From Mobula hypostoma (lineage: Eukaryota), in the NCBI RefSeq assembly GCF_963921235.1, contig NC_086097.1:256000001-256064000 (forward strand): a stretch of 64,000 bases of DNA. Reading direction: 5' to 3'. Of this stretch, positions 1-11,919 are shown in pieces (within the stretch, counting starts at the first letter, position 1; each line of letters starts with the position of its first letter). Position numbers and translations under genes: made by a program. Under the pieces are notes generated by a model. That model was not told the DNA's origin. It ran no database searches and was given only the letters and a program-made list of their open reading frames with translations.

Positions 1-1155
1 CGGGACGCCTAGGGAGAAAGAAATGGGGAGGGGGAAAGCCCAGAGGATGAGGAGTATGGTGAGAGGGACAGAGGGAGAAAAAAAATTAATAATAATAAAA
101 GATAAAAAACAGGGTATGAAGGGGAGATGGGGATCCAATGGGATCCCATCACCAAGCACATCTTCCCCCCCCCCAGCTTTCCCATCACCAAGCACATCTC
201 TCCCCCCTGCCAGCTTTCCCATCACCAAGCACATCTTACCCCCACCCCAGCTTTCCCATCACCAAGCACATCTCCCCCCCCCCAGCTTTCCCATCACCAA
301 GCACATCTCCCCCCCCCCAGGTTTCCACAGGGATCGCTCCCTACGTGACTCCGTGGTCCATTCGTCCCCCCCACCCCTTCCCACCAATCTCCCTCCTGGC
401 ACTTATCCTTGTAAGCGGAACAAGTGCTACACATGCTCCCTCACCACCATTCAGGGCCCCAGACAGTCCTTCCAGGGGAGGCAACACTTCACCTGAGAGT
501 GGCCTGGGGTGATATACTGCGTCCGGTGCCCCTGATGTGGCCTTCTATATATTGGCGAGACTCGATGTGGGCTGGGAGATCATTTCGCTGAACACCTATG
601 CTCTGTCCGCCAGAGAAAGCAGGATCTTCCACTGGCAACACATTTTAATTCCACATCCCATTCCTATTCTGAAATGTCTATCCATAGCCTCCTCTACTGT
701 AAAGATGAAGCCACAGTCAGGTTGGAGGAACAACACCTTATGGGTGGGTCTGGGTAGCCTCCAACCTGATGGCATGAACATTGACTTCTCTAACTTCTGT
801 TAATGCCCCACCTCCCCGTCATATGCCATCTGTTATTTACCTTTTATTATTAATAATTTTTTTTCTCTCTCCTTTTTCTCCCTCTGTCCCTCTCACCATA
901 CTCCTTGCCCATCCTCTGGGTTTCCCCCCCCCCCTTTTCCTTCTCCCTGGGCCTCCTGTCCCATGATCCTCTTATATCCCTTTTGCCAATCAACAGTCCA
1001 GCTCTTGGATCATCCCTCCCCCTCCTGTCTTCTCCTAACATTTTGGATCTCCCCCTTCCCCTACCACTTTCAAGTCTCGTACTATCTCTTCTTCCAGTTA
1101 TCTTGACAAGGGTCTTGACCTGCTGCATTCACCAGCAATTTTTATGTGTGTTGTT
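1..1155 (+). mobile_element. Penelope-like element, 3' part (GIY-YIG region and terminal repeat), preceded by an inverted terminal-repeat copy (about 1-135)
   Basis: Frame-broken CKRNKCYTC...GVIYCVRC..LYIGET...LQPDGMNIDFSNF. Bases 1-135 are the reverse complement of the 830-960 region, a typical PLE inverted arrangement. The hammerhead region near 1095-1125 is decayed and partly deleted. Confidence 0.88.
144..324 (+). repeat. Minisatellite, 5 x 35-37 bp (cccatcaccaagcacatct-C-rich-cagcttt)
   Basis: Five head-to-tail units. The unit is single-copy in the other PLEs here (e.g. 7872-7905). Confidence 0.92.
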
Positions 1156-1159
1156 AGAT

Positions 1160-2302
1160 TTTGTAATTGGCTTTAGCTGCTTCCAAAGAGATTTTAATCC
1201 AATGAACAGAACTGCACTATATTGCAAAACAAAAATACATTCATTTCTACTTCTTTCAAAAGAAAACAATGCAGAAATGGCTTGAGATGTAAAATTTATT
1301 CTAAATTCACTTGTATGCTCCATTCTTCTAGAATACTTTGCTTTAAGGATGTGCTAATTGAAAGGCTGCATTAAAAGCAGTATCAGTTTTCTGGATCAGA
1401 TAAAATGAAACTTTTAATTTCAGCAACGAAAAAGTTAATTTAGCAGTTTACCCGGGTAATCATATTTACAAGTGTATTTCATTTTTGAGTACATTTTAAA
1501 ATGTATTCTTTATAAATGAATTACTATAAGATGTTACATATTTGATAGTTTGAAATCAAGAGTCATTACAAGCATAAATATTAAGTGTTAATTTTCATGA
1601 TAAATTGCAGTTCAGTATTTAAAACTAACTACTTGGATGAAAGATGGAGCTATTGGACCCAGAACAGTTTCTTTTTATTTAAATGCAATTTAAATCAGAA
1701 GCAGGGTTGTTCCGTAGACAAGCTCTGCAATATCTGAATTGCTTAAAATTGAACAGATTAAAAATTTACATCCCAGCTACTCTATAGATTGTACTCCAGG
1801 GATTCCCAACCTTTTTTATGCCAAGAACCCCCGTCCTACACGGAAACTCCACAGCATCTCTTTGGTAGAATCAATAAGAACAGAAATGGGTTTAATTACG
1901 GTAGTGATTATGTTTACTAGAGCATCCTTATGATTCAAGGAAAATTTTTTAAAAACATGAAAGAAAAATATATTTGACCACTTTAACAGTTAATCCCAAA
2001 CAGGCGAACATTATTATTTATCTCCAGCCTCTGCTGTGTTGATGTAAAATAAGGAATACAACTCAGTGAAGGTTGGCTAAAGTACACATACTACATAAAC
2101 CAACAAGTATCTAATAATGGAAACACCATTGGTCTCAAACTGAAGCTATATGCAAAATTCATCTGATCCGTTACCTGCACTGGAAAAGGGGAACATACAT
2201 TGCGATTTATCAGTAAAAGTCCTGGTTATTAATGGGTTCCAACTCCCTGCAGAATAATATTGGAATGTGCAATACATGCAGTCATCCTTGCACCTGATGT
2301 GC
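1160..2302 (-). other. AVL9: Probable AVL9 3' UTR
   Basis: AT-rich, largely non-repetitive sequence downstream of the stop. Minus-strand AATAAA at 1674-1679 and 1295-1300. The true 3' end cannot be fixed from sequence alone. Confidence 0.55.
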
Positions 2303-2418
2303 TCAGTGTTTCCCTGTTTGCTTCTCAGAGAAGGGTCCAGCAGATTGTTGGTTGAATGTGGAAAACCAAGAGCTCATGGCAGACTTGGCACTTGTGAGTG
2401 CCCCTCCTACAGATTGAC
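2303..2418 (-). CDS. AVL9: AVL9 terminal coding exon (GQSVGGALTSAKSAMSSWFSTFNQQSAGPFSEKQTGKH*)
   Basis: Minus strand reads tttcacaacag|GTCAATCTGTAGGA..., a phase-1 acceptor, with TGA at 2305-2303. The peptide matches the vertebrate AVL9 C-terminus as I recall it (GQSVGGAFSSAKTAMSSWLSTF...). Confidence 0.93.
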
Positions 2419-2774
2419 CTGTTGTGAAAGGAAATATGATCAGTGAATTGGAATTGATCTTGAAAATTTGTTCTTTATTAAAGAAAATATATCAGAAAAA
2501 AGAACTAAAGATGCTAGAAACTGCAGGTTAAACAGCATCAATGGAAAGAGAAACAACATCACAGCAACTAATTACTGTTCAGCACAGAATCGCAGGCTGT
2601 AGGTTTTCTATGTTCTAGAAACTTAACATTTCAGATTCTCGACCCATTGTCAGAATTGGGAAAAAGTCTACGGCATGAAATATTAAGATCAGGAGCAGCA
2701 TTAGGCCATTTGGCCAGTGAGTCTGCTCCACCATTCAATCATGGCTGATCCTTTTTCCCTTTCTCAGCCCCAGT

Positions 2775-4212
2775 CTTCTTACAGTGGACTGAAACAATTG
2801 ATCATATAGACATTAAGAAAGAGGATGTGCTGGAGCTTTTGAAAAGCATTCAATTAGATAAGTTACCAGGTCCGGACAAGATGTACCCCAGGCTACTGTG
2901 GGAAATGAGGGATGAGATTGTTGAGCCTCTGGCGATGATCATAGCATCATCAATAGGGATGGGAGAAGGACCAGAGGATTTTTCCCTTGTTCAAGAAAGG
3001 AAGTACAGATAACCCAGGAAATTATAGACCAGTAAGTCTTACTTCAGTGGTGGGCAAGTTGTTGGAGAGGATCCTGAGAGGCAGGATTTATGAGCGTTTG
3101 GAGAGACATAATCTAATTAGGGATAGTCAGCATGGCTTTGTCAAGGGCAGATTGTGCCTTACAAGCCTGATTGAACTCTTTGAGGGTGTGACAAAACATA
3201 CTGATAAAGGTAGAGCAGTGGATGTAGTGTATCTGGATTTCAGGAAGGCACGATAAAGTTCCCCATTCCAGGCCCATTCAGAAAGTAAGGCGGCATGGGA
3301 CCCAAGGAGACCTTGCTTTGTGGATCCAGAATTAGCTTGCCCACAGAAGGCAAAGGGTAATTGTAGATGGTTCGAATTCTGCATGGAGGTCGGTGACCAG
3401 CGGTGTTATGCAGGGATCTGTTCTGGGACCCCACCTCGTCGTGTTTTTTTTATACATGACTTGGATGAGGATGTAGAAGGGTGATGTAGTAAGTTTGCTG
3501 ATGATGCAAAAGTTGGGGGTGTTGTGGATAGTCTGGAGGGTTGTCAGCAGGTCATCGATAAGATGCAGAACTGGGTTGGGAAGTGCAGATGGAGTTCAAC
3601 CGAGATGAGTGTGAAGTGGTTCATTTTGGGTTAGGGTTAGTCCTATCTTGTATATTTGAAGAAAGAATATAATATTAATGGTAAGGCTCTTGGCAGTGTG
3701 GAGGATCAGAGAGATCTTGGGGTCTGCATTCAAAGGACACTCAAAGCTGCTGCGTAGGTTGACAATGTAGTTAAGAAGGCGTATGGTGTGTTGGCCTTCA
3801 TCAACCGTGGGACTGAGTTCAAGAGCCATGAGGTAATGTTAGAGCTCTATAAGACCTTAGTTACACCCAACTTGAAGTACTGTGTTCATTTCTGGTTACC
3901 TCACGATATGAAGGATCTGGATATGATAGAAAGAGTGCAGAGGAGATTTACAAGGATGTTGCCTGAATTGGAGAGCATGCCTTATGAGAATAGGTTGAGC
4001 GAACTTGGCCTTTTCTCCTTGGAGTGACAGAGGATGAGAGGTGACCTGATAGAGGTGTATAAGGTGATGAGAGGCATTGATCATGTGGATAGCCAGAGGC
4101 TTTTTTCCAGGACTGAAATGGCTAACATGAGGGGGTATAGTTTTAAGGTGTTTGGAAGAAGAAAGGTTTCTCACACAGAGTGGTGATTGCGTGGAATGCA
4201 CTGCCAGCAATG
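2775..4212 (+). mobile_element. Old CR1 LINE ORF2 3' fragment; continues at 7144-7285
   Basis: Degraded PGNYRPVSLTSVVGK, QHGFVKGR and FADD motifs. Split by the younger CR1 at 4213 (caatg on both sides). Confidence 0.85.
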
Positions 4213-7143
4213 ATGTTGAAAGTTTAAGCAAATCCGCTGATAGAAAGGTTGTGAGTGGTGGTAAAAATCTTCTGAGGTGTATATATTTCAATGCTAGGAG
4301 TATTGCGGGGAAGGCGGATGAGTTGAGGGCGTGGATTGACACGTGGAATTATGATGTTGTAGCAATTAGCGAAACTTGGCTACAGGAGGGGCAGGACTGG
4401 CAGCTTAATATTCCAGAGTTCCGATGTTTCAGATGTGATCGAGGCAGAGGAATGAAAGGTGAGGGAGTAGCATTGCTTGTTAGGGAAAATATTACAGCAG
4501 TGCTCAGGCAGGACAGATTAGAGGGCTTGTCTACTGAGTCCTTATGGGTGGAGCTGAGAAACAGGAAAGGTATGGCCACATTAGTGGGATTGTATTACAG
4601 ACCACCCAATAGTCAACGAGACTTGGAAGAGCAAATCTGCAGAGAGATAGCAGGCAACTGCAGGAAACATAAAGTTGTGGTGGTAGGGGATTTTAATTTT
4701 CCATACATTGATTGGGACTCCCATACTGTTAGGGGTCTAGATGGTTTAGAGTTTGTAAAACGTGTTCAGGAAAGTTTTCTAAATCAGTATATAGAGGGAC
4801 CAACTAGAGGGGATGCAATATTGGATCTCCTGTTAGGAAACGAATTAGGGCAAGTGACGGAAGTCTGTGTAGGGGAGCACTTTGGTTCCAGTGATCATAA
4901 CACCATTAGTTTCAATTTGATCATGGACAAGGATTGATCTGGTCCTAGGGTTGAAGTTCTGAACTGGAAGAAGGCCAAATTTGAAGAAATGAGAAAGGAT
5001 CTAAAAAGCGTGGATTGGGACAGATTGTTCTCTGGCAAAGATGTGATTGGTAGGTGGGAAGCCTTCAAAGGGGAAATTTTGAGAGTGCAGAGTTTGTATG
5101 TTCCTGTCAGGATTAAAGGCAAATTGAATAGGAATAAGGAACCTTGGTTCTCAAGGGATATTGCAACTCTGATAAAGAAGAAGAGGGAGTTGTATGAAAT
5201 GTATAGGAAACAGGGGGTAAATCAGGTGCTTGAGGAGTATAAGAAGTGCAAGAAAATACTTAAGAAAGAAATCGGGAGGGTAAAAAGACATGAGGTTGCC
5301 TTGGCAGTCAAAGTGAAGGATAATCCAAAGAGCTTTTACAAGTATATTAAGAGCAAAAGGATTGTAAGGGATAAAATTGGTCCTCTTGAAGATCAGAGTG
5401 GTCGGCTTTGTGCGGAACCAAAGGAAATGGGGGAGATCTTAAATATGTTTTTTGCATCTGTATTTACTAAGGAAGCTGGCATGAAATCTATGGAATTGAG
5501 GGAATCAAGTAGTGAGACCATGGAAACTGTACAGATTGAAAAGGAGGAGGTGCTTGCTGTCTTGAGGAAAATTAAAGTGGATAAATCCCCGGGACCTGAC
5601 AGAGTGTTCCCTCGGACCTTGAAGGAGACTAGTGTTGAAATTGCGGGGCCCTGGCAGAAATATTTAAAATGTCGCTGTCTACGGGTGAAGTGCCGGAGGA
5701 TTGGAGAGTGGCTCATGTTGTTCCGTTGTTTAAAAATGGATCGAAAAGTAATCCGGGAAATTATAGGCCGGTGAGTTTAACGTCAGTAGTAGGTAAGTTA
5801 TTGGAGGGAGTACTAAGAGACAGAATCTACAAGCATTTGGATAGACAGGGGCTTATTAGGGAGAGTCAACATGGCTTTGTGCGTGGTAGGTCATGTTTGA
5901 CCAATCTGTTGGAGTTTTTCGAGGAGGTTACCAGGAAAGTGGATGAAGGGAAGGCAGTGGATATTGTCTACATGGACTTCAGTAAGGCCTTTGACAAGGT
6001 CCCGCATGGGAGGTTAGTTAGGAAAATTCAGTTGCTAGGTATACATGGAGAGGTGGTAAATTGGATTAGACATTGGCTCGATGGAAGAAGCCAGAGAGTG
6101 GTGGTAGAGAATTGCTTCTCTGAGTGGAGGCCTGTGACTAGCGGTGTGCCACAGGGATCAGTGCTGGGTCCATTGTTATTTGTCATCTATATCAATGATC
6201 TGGATGATAATGTGGTAAATTGGATCAGCAAGTTTGCTGATGATACAAAGATTGGAGGTGTAGTGGACAGTGAGGAAGGTTTTCAGAGCCTGCAGAGGGA
6301 CTTGGACCAGCTGGAAAAATCGGCTGAAAAATGGCAGATGGAGTTTAATACTGACAAGTGTGAGGTATTGCACGTTGGAAGGACAAACCAAGGTAGAACA
6401 TACAGGGTTAATGGTAAGGCACTGAGGAGTGCAGTGGAACAGAGGGATCTGGGAATACAGATACAAAATTCCCTAAAAGTGTCGTCACAGGTAGATAGGG
6501 TCGTAAAGAGAGCTTTTGGTACATTGGCCTTTATTAATCGAAGTATTGAGTATAAGAGCTGGAATGTTATGATGAGGTTGTATAAGGCATTGGTGAGGCC
6601 GAATCTGGAGTATTGTATTCAGTTTTGGTCACCAAATTACAGGAATGATATTAATAAGGTTGAAAGAGTGCAGAGAAGGTTTACAAGGATGTTGCCGGGA
6701 CTTGAGAAACTCAGTTACAGAGAAAGGTTGAATAGGTTAGGACTTTATTGCCTGGAGCGTAGAAGAATGAGGGGAGATTTGATAGAGGTATATAAAATTA
6801 TGATGGGTATAGATAGAGTGAATGCAAGCAGGCTTTTTCCACTGAGGCAAGGGGAGAAAAAAACCAGAGGACATGGGTTAAGGGTGAGGGGGGAAAAGTT
6901 TAAAGGGAACATTAGGGGGGGCTTCTTCACACAGAGAGTGGTGGGAGTATGGAATGAGCTGCCAGACGAGATGGTAAATGCGGGTTCTTTTTTAACATTT
7001 AAAAATAAATTGGACAGATACATGGATGGGAGGTGTATGGAGGGATATGGTCCGTGTGCAGGTCAGTGGGAATAGGCAGAAAATGGTTCGGCACAGCCAA
7101 GAAGGGCCAAAGGGCCTGTTTCTGTGCTGTAGTTTCTATGGTT
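4213..7143 (+). mobile_element. Young CR1 LINE (subfamily A), near-complete ORF2, disabled
   Basis: APE motifs (NARSI, SETW, GDFN, SDH) in 4152-4937; RT motifs (QGSVLGP, FADD) in 5669-7075. One stop at 4935-4937 and one frameshift near 5650. Tail ttctatgg; TSD caatg at 4208-4212 and 7144-7148. Confidence 0.95.
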
Positions 7144-7462
7144 CAATGGTGGTAGCGGTGGATACAATAGAGTCTTTTCAGAGACTTAGACAGCAGCATG
7201 GAGGTAGAAAAATAGAGGGCTATACGGTAGGGAAATTTTAGGCAGCTTCTAGAGCAGGTTACATGGTTGGCAACCCTGTAATGTTCAACACTACCTGCCC
7301 CTCCACCTAACTTCGTATCATGTGCAATCTTGGCAACAAAGCCATCTATTCCATCATCTAAATCACTGAGACATATATAGCATGAAAAGCAGTCCCAATA
7401 CAGAACCCTGCAGAACATCACTAGTCACTGGTAGCCAACCAAAAAAGGATTCTTTTATTCCC

Positions 7463-8400
7463 AAACACGAGGAAATCTGCAGATGCTGGAAATTCAAGCA
7501 ACACATACAAAATGTTGGTGGAACGCAGCAGGCCAGGTAGCATCTATAGGAAGAGGTACAGTCGACGGTGAAATTGCAAGAAGGGAATCCCCGTCTCGCA
7601 ATTCCTCCGTCTCCACCGCATCTGCTCTCAGGATGAGGCTTTTCATTCCAGGACGAAGGAGATGTCTTACTTTTTTAAAGAAAGGGGCTTCCCTTCCTCC
7701 ACCATCAACTCTGCTCTCAAACGCATCTCTCCCATTTCACGCACTTCTGCTCTCACCCCATCCTCCTGCCACCCCACTAGGAATAGGGTTCCCGTTGTCC
7801 TCACCTACAACCCCACCAGCCTCCGGGTCCAATATATAATTCTCTATAACTTCCGCCACCTCCAACGGGATCCCACCACCAAGCACATCTTTCCCTCCCC
7901 CGCTTTCTGCTTTCCGCAGGGATCACTCCCTACATGACTCCCTTGTCCATTCATCCTCCCCATCCCTTCCCACCGATCTCCTTCCCGGCACCTAGCCTTG
8001 TAAGCGGAGCAAGTGCTGCACATGCCCTTACACTTCCTCCCTCACCACCATTCAGGGCCCCAGACAGTCCTTTCAGGTGAGGCGACACTTCACCTGTGAG
8101 TCGGCTGGGGTGATATACTGCATCCGGTGCTCCTGGTGTGGCCTTTTATATATTGGTGAGACCCGACGGAGACTGGGAGATTGTTTTGCTGAACACCTAC
8201 GCTCTGTCCGCCAGAGAAAGCAGGATCTCCCAGTGGCCACACATTTTAATTCCATGTCCCATTCCCATTCTGTTATGTCTATCCATGGCCTCCTCTACTG
8301 TAAAGATGAAGCCATACTCAGGTTGGAGGAACAACACCTTATATTCCGTCTGGATAGCCTCCAACCCGATGGCATGAACATTGACTTCTCTAACTTCCGC
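7463..8400 (+). mobile_element. Penelope-like element: inverted 3' terminus (7463-7567) plus a plus-strand thumb/GIY-YIG fragment
   Basis: ORF 8077-8442 contains GVIYCIRC..LLYIGET..R..EH. It sits inside a minus-strand CR1 that resumes at about 8405. Confidence 0.9.
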
Positions 8401-8404
8401 TATT

Positions 8405-9313
8405 GCCACTCGCTGCCTCCTACCAATCAACCAATGCACTAACCATGCCAAAAAATTCCTGAAATTCCTGTAATACCACGGGCTCTTAACTTGGCAAGCA
8501 GCCTCATGTGTGGTACTTTGTCAAAGGCCTTCTGAAATTCCAAATATACAACATTTACTACATCCCCTTTATCTATCCTATTTGTATTCTCCGCAAAGAA
8601 TTCCAACAGATTCGTCAGGCAAGATTTTCTGTTATAAACCATGCTGATTTTGTCTTACCTTGTCCATGCTTAACAATTGGCTCCAACATCATCTCAACCA
8701 CTGAGGTCAGGCTAACTGGTCTATAATTTCCTTTTCTGCTGCCTTCCTGCTTTCTTAAAGAGTGGAGTGACACTTGCAATTTTTCAGTCCTCTGGCACCA
8801 TGCCAGAGTCCCATGATTTCTGAAAGATCATTGCTAATGCAACCTCTTTCAGAGTCCTCAGGTGCAGTTCATCTGGTCCCGGTGACTTCTGTACCCTTAG
8901 CTCTTTCAGCTTTTTGAGCACCTGCTCCCTTGTAATTGTAACTGCACCCACTTCTCTTCCCTCGCACCCTTCAACATCTGGCACACTGTTGGTGTCTTCC
9001 ACAGTGAAGTCCATCTGCCACTTCTCAGCCCAGTTCTGCATCCTATCAATGTCCCACTGTAATCTCTGACAACCCTCTAGACTATCCACAATACCCCCAA
9101 CCTTTGTGATTCTTGAAAGATCATGACCAATGCATCTGATATCTCCACAGCCGCCTCTCTCAGGACTCTGGGATGTAGTCCATCTGGTCCAGGTAACTTA
9201 TCCACCTTCAGACCTTTGAGCTTGACTCGCATTTTTTCCCTTTGTAATAACAATGGCACTAATTCCTGGTGTCTTCCATTAGGTTCATTCTGCTATTTCT
9301 TTGTCCCCCATTA
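8405..9313 (-). mobile_element. Degraded CR1 ORF2 fragments; continues at 11027-11900
   Basis: SCLTNLLEFF, FQKAFDKVPH and PGPDGLHPR motifs. 11197-11939 encodes APE N-terminal and ORF1 C-terminal remnants. Confidence 0.8.
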
Positions 9314-9327
9314 CTTCCTCACCAGCA

Positions 9328-11012
9328 ACACACATCAAAGTTGCTGGTGAACTCAGCAGGCCAGGCAGCATCTCTAGGAAGAGGTACAGTCGACGTTTCA
9401 GGCCGAGACCCTTCGTCAGGACTAACTGAAAGAAGAGCTAGTAAAAGATTTGAAAGTGGGAGGGGGAGGGGGAGATCCAAAATGATAGGAGAAGGCAGGA
9501 GGGGGAGGGTTGAAGCCAAGAGCTGGACAGGTGATTGGCAAAAGGGATATGAGAGGATCATGGGACAGGAGGCCCAGAGAGAAGGAAAAGCGGGGTGGGG
9601 GGAAAAACCCAGAGGATGGGCAAGGGGTATAGTGAGAGGGACAGAGGGAGAAAAAGGAGAGAGAGAAAAAGAATGTGTGTATATAAATAAATAACGGATG
9701 GGGTACAAGGGGGAGGAAAGGCATTGACAGAAGTTAGAGAAGTCAATGTTCATGCCATCAGGTTGGAGGCTACCCAGACGGAATATAAGGTGTTGTTCCT
9801 CCAACCTGAGTGTGGCTTCATCTTTACAGTACAGGAGGCCGTGGATAGACATGTCAGAATGGGAATGGGATGTGGAATTAAAATGTGTGGCCACTGGGAG
9901 ATCCTGCTTTCTCTGCCAGACAGAGCGTAGGTGTTCAGCAAAACGGTCTCCCAGTATGCATCGGGTCTCGCCAATATAGAGAAGGCCACATTGGGAGCAC
10001 CGGACGCAGTATATCACCCCAGCCGACTCACGGGTGAAGTGTCGCCTCACCTGGAAGGACTGTCTGGGGCCCTGAATGGTGGTAAGGGAGGAAGTGTAAG
10101 GGCATGTGTAGCACTTGTTCCGCTTACAAGGAAAAGTGCCAGGAGGGAGATCAGTGGGGAGGGATGGGGGGGACGAATGGACAAGGGAGTTGCGTAGGGA
10201 GTGATCCCTGTGGAAAGCATGGTGGGGGGGGGAGGGAAAGATGTGCTTAGTGGTGGGATCCCGTTGGAGGTGGCAGAAGTTACGGAGAATAATATGTTGG
10301 ACCAGGAGGCTGGTGGGGTGGTAGGTGAGGACCAGGGGAACCCTATTCCTAGTGGGGTGGCGGGAGGATGGAGTGAGAGCAGATGTGCGTGAAATGGGGG
10401 AGATGCGTTTGAGAGCAGAGTTGATGGTGGAGGAAGGGAAGCCCCTTTCTTTAAAATAGGAGGACATCTCCTTCGTCCTGGAATGAAAAGCCTCATCCTG
10501 AGAGCAGATGCGGCGGAGACGGAGGAATTGTGAGAAGGGGATGGCATTTTTGCAAGAGACGGGGTGAGAAGAGGAATAGTCCAGATAGCTGTGAGAGTCA
10601 GTAGGCTCATAGTAGACATCAGTAGATAAGCTGTCTCCAGAGACAGAGACAGAAAGATCTAGAAAGGGGAGGGAGGTGTCGGAAATGGACCAGGTAAACT
10701 TGAGGGCAGGGTGAAAGTTGGAGGCAAAGTTAATGAAGTCAACGAGCTCAGCATGCGTGCAGGAAGCAGCGCCAATGCAGTCGTCGATGTAGTGAAGGAA
10801 AAGTGGGAGACAGATACCAGAATAGGCTTGGAACATAGATTGTTCCACAAAGCTAACAAAAAGGCAGGCATAGCTAGGACCCATGAGGGTGCCCATAACT
10901 ACATGTTTAGTTTGGAGGAAGTGGGAGGAGCCAAAGGAGAAATTATTAAGGACTAATTCCGCTAGATGGAGCAGAGTGGTGGTAGAGGGGAACTGGTTAG
11001 GTTTCTTCAACT
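9328..11012 (-). mobile_element. Penelope-like element, 5'-truncated (RT C-half, GIY-YIG, terminal repeat)
   Basis: ORF 9319-11139 has MGT.MGPSYA.LF, YIDD, FLDL and GVIY...YIGET. 14-bp TSD cttcctcaccagca at 9314-9327 and 11013-11026. Confidence 0.95.
9388..9423 (-). ncRNA. Minimal type I hammerhead ribozyme in PLE terminal repeat, core intact
   Basis: Minus strand reads agtc-CTGACGA-agggtctcggcct-GAAAC-GTC-gact. Stem I is agtc/gact, stem II agg/cct, stem III the palindrome ACGT. Predicted cleavage after GUC, between 9392 and 9391. Confidence 0.85.
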
Positions 11013-11919
11013 CTTCCTCACCAGCATCATTTTTCAGTGGTCTAATATAGATTCTTACCTCTCTTTTAGTCTTTATATTACTGAAGAAATTTTTGGTATC
11101 CTGCTTTATATTATTGGCTAGTCTGCCCTCATATTTCAACTTTTTCCTTCTTAGAGCTTTTTAGTTGCCTTTTGTTGGATTTTAAGAGCTTTCCAATCAT
11201 CCAACTTCCCACTCCACTTTTACTACTTTATATGCCCTTTCCTTGGCTTTTATGTAGTTGTTAACTTCCTTTGTCAGCCACTTATATCCTGCGCTACATG
11301 AATACTGTACAGCCATACCATCGCCTATGCCTTCCTGCCTGTCCTTATGATACAAAATATATCCTTTGTTGTTAAGCTCCCAACTATGGCCTTCTTTCAG
11401 CCACGACTCAGTGATGTCCACAATGTCATACTGACCAATCTCCAATTGGGCCACAAGTTCCTCTACCTTCTTCCAAATGCTAAGCACATTTAAATACAGC
11501 ACCTTCAGTCTTGCATTCTTTGCCCTTTGACTTTTGCCTCTGTGGTACAAATTTACCCCTTCGCTCTGTCTGCACTTGTACCCAATCATTGGCTTGTCCT
11601 TCCTTATATTCATGTTACACCCATCATCTACTTTTAAACCTGTTGGCTCATCCTCAGCTCTATCATCCTGGTTCCCATCCCCCTGCAATATTATTTTAAA
11701 CCACTTTCAACAGATCTAGTAAATCTGCACGCAAGAGTATTGGTCCCCCCCGGATTCAAGAGCAACCCGTGCTTTTTGTACAAGTAGATCCCAGCTACAC
11801 CAGAACAGGTGCCAATTGTCCAGAAATCTGAATCCCTGCACCCCCAGTCCAATTCTTCAGACACATCTTTTAAGTAATAAAAAATAATTCCATCTGCCAC
11901 CACTCCACCCAACTTTCCC

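Noticed and set aside
144..324. CRISPR-like array of about 36-bp repeats
   Set aside because: Units are contiguous with no unique spacers, derive from PLE coding sequence, and sit in vertebrate DNA with no cas genes.
1090..1130. Additional hammerhead in the first PLE
   Set aside because: The core is decayed (ttgacaag) and the GAAAC-GTC half is deleted.
1797..1833. hAT MITE-like end (cagggattcccaaccttttttatgcc)
   Set aside because: Only about 35 bp, with no clear second TIR or matching 8-bp TSD; too weak to call.
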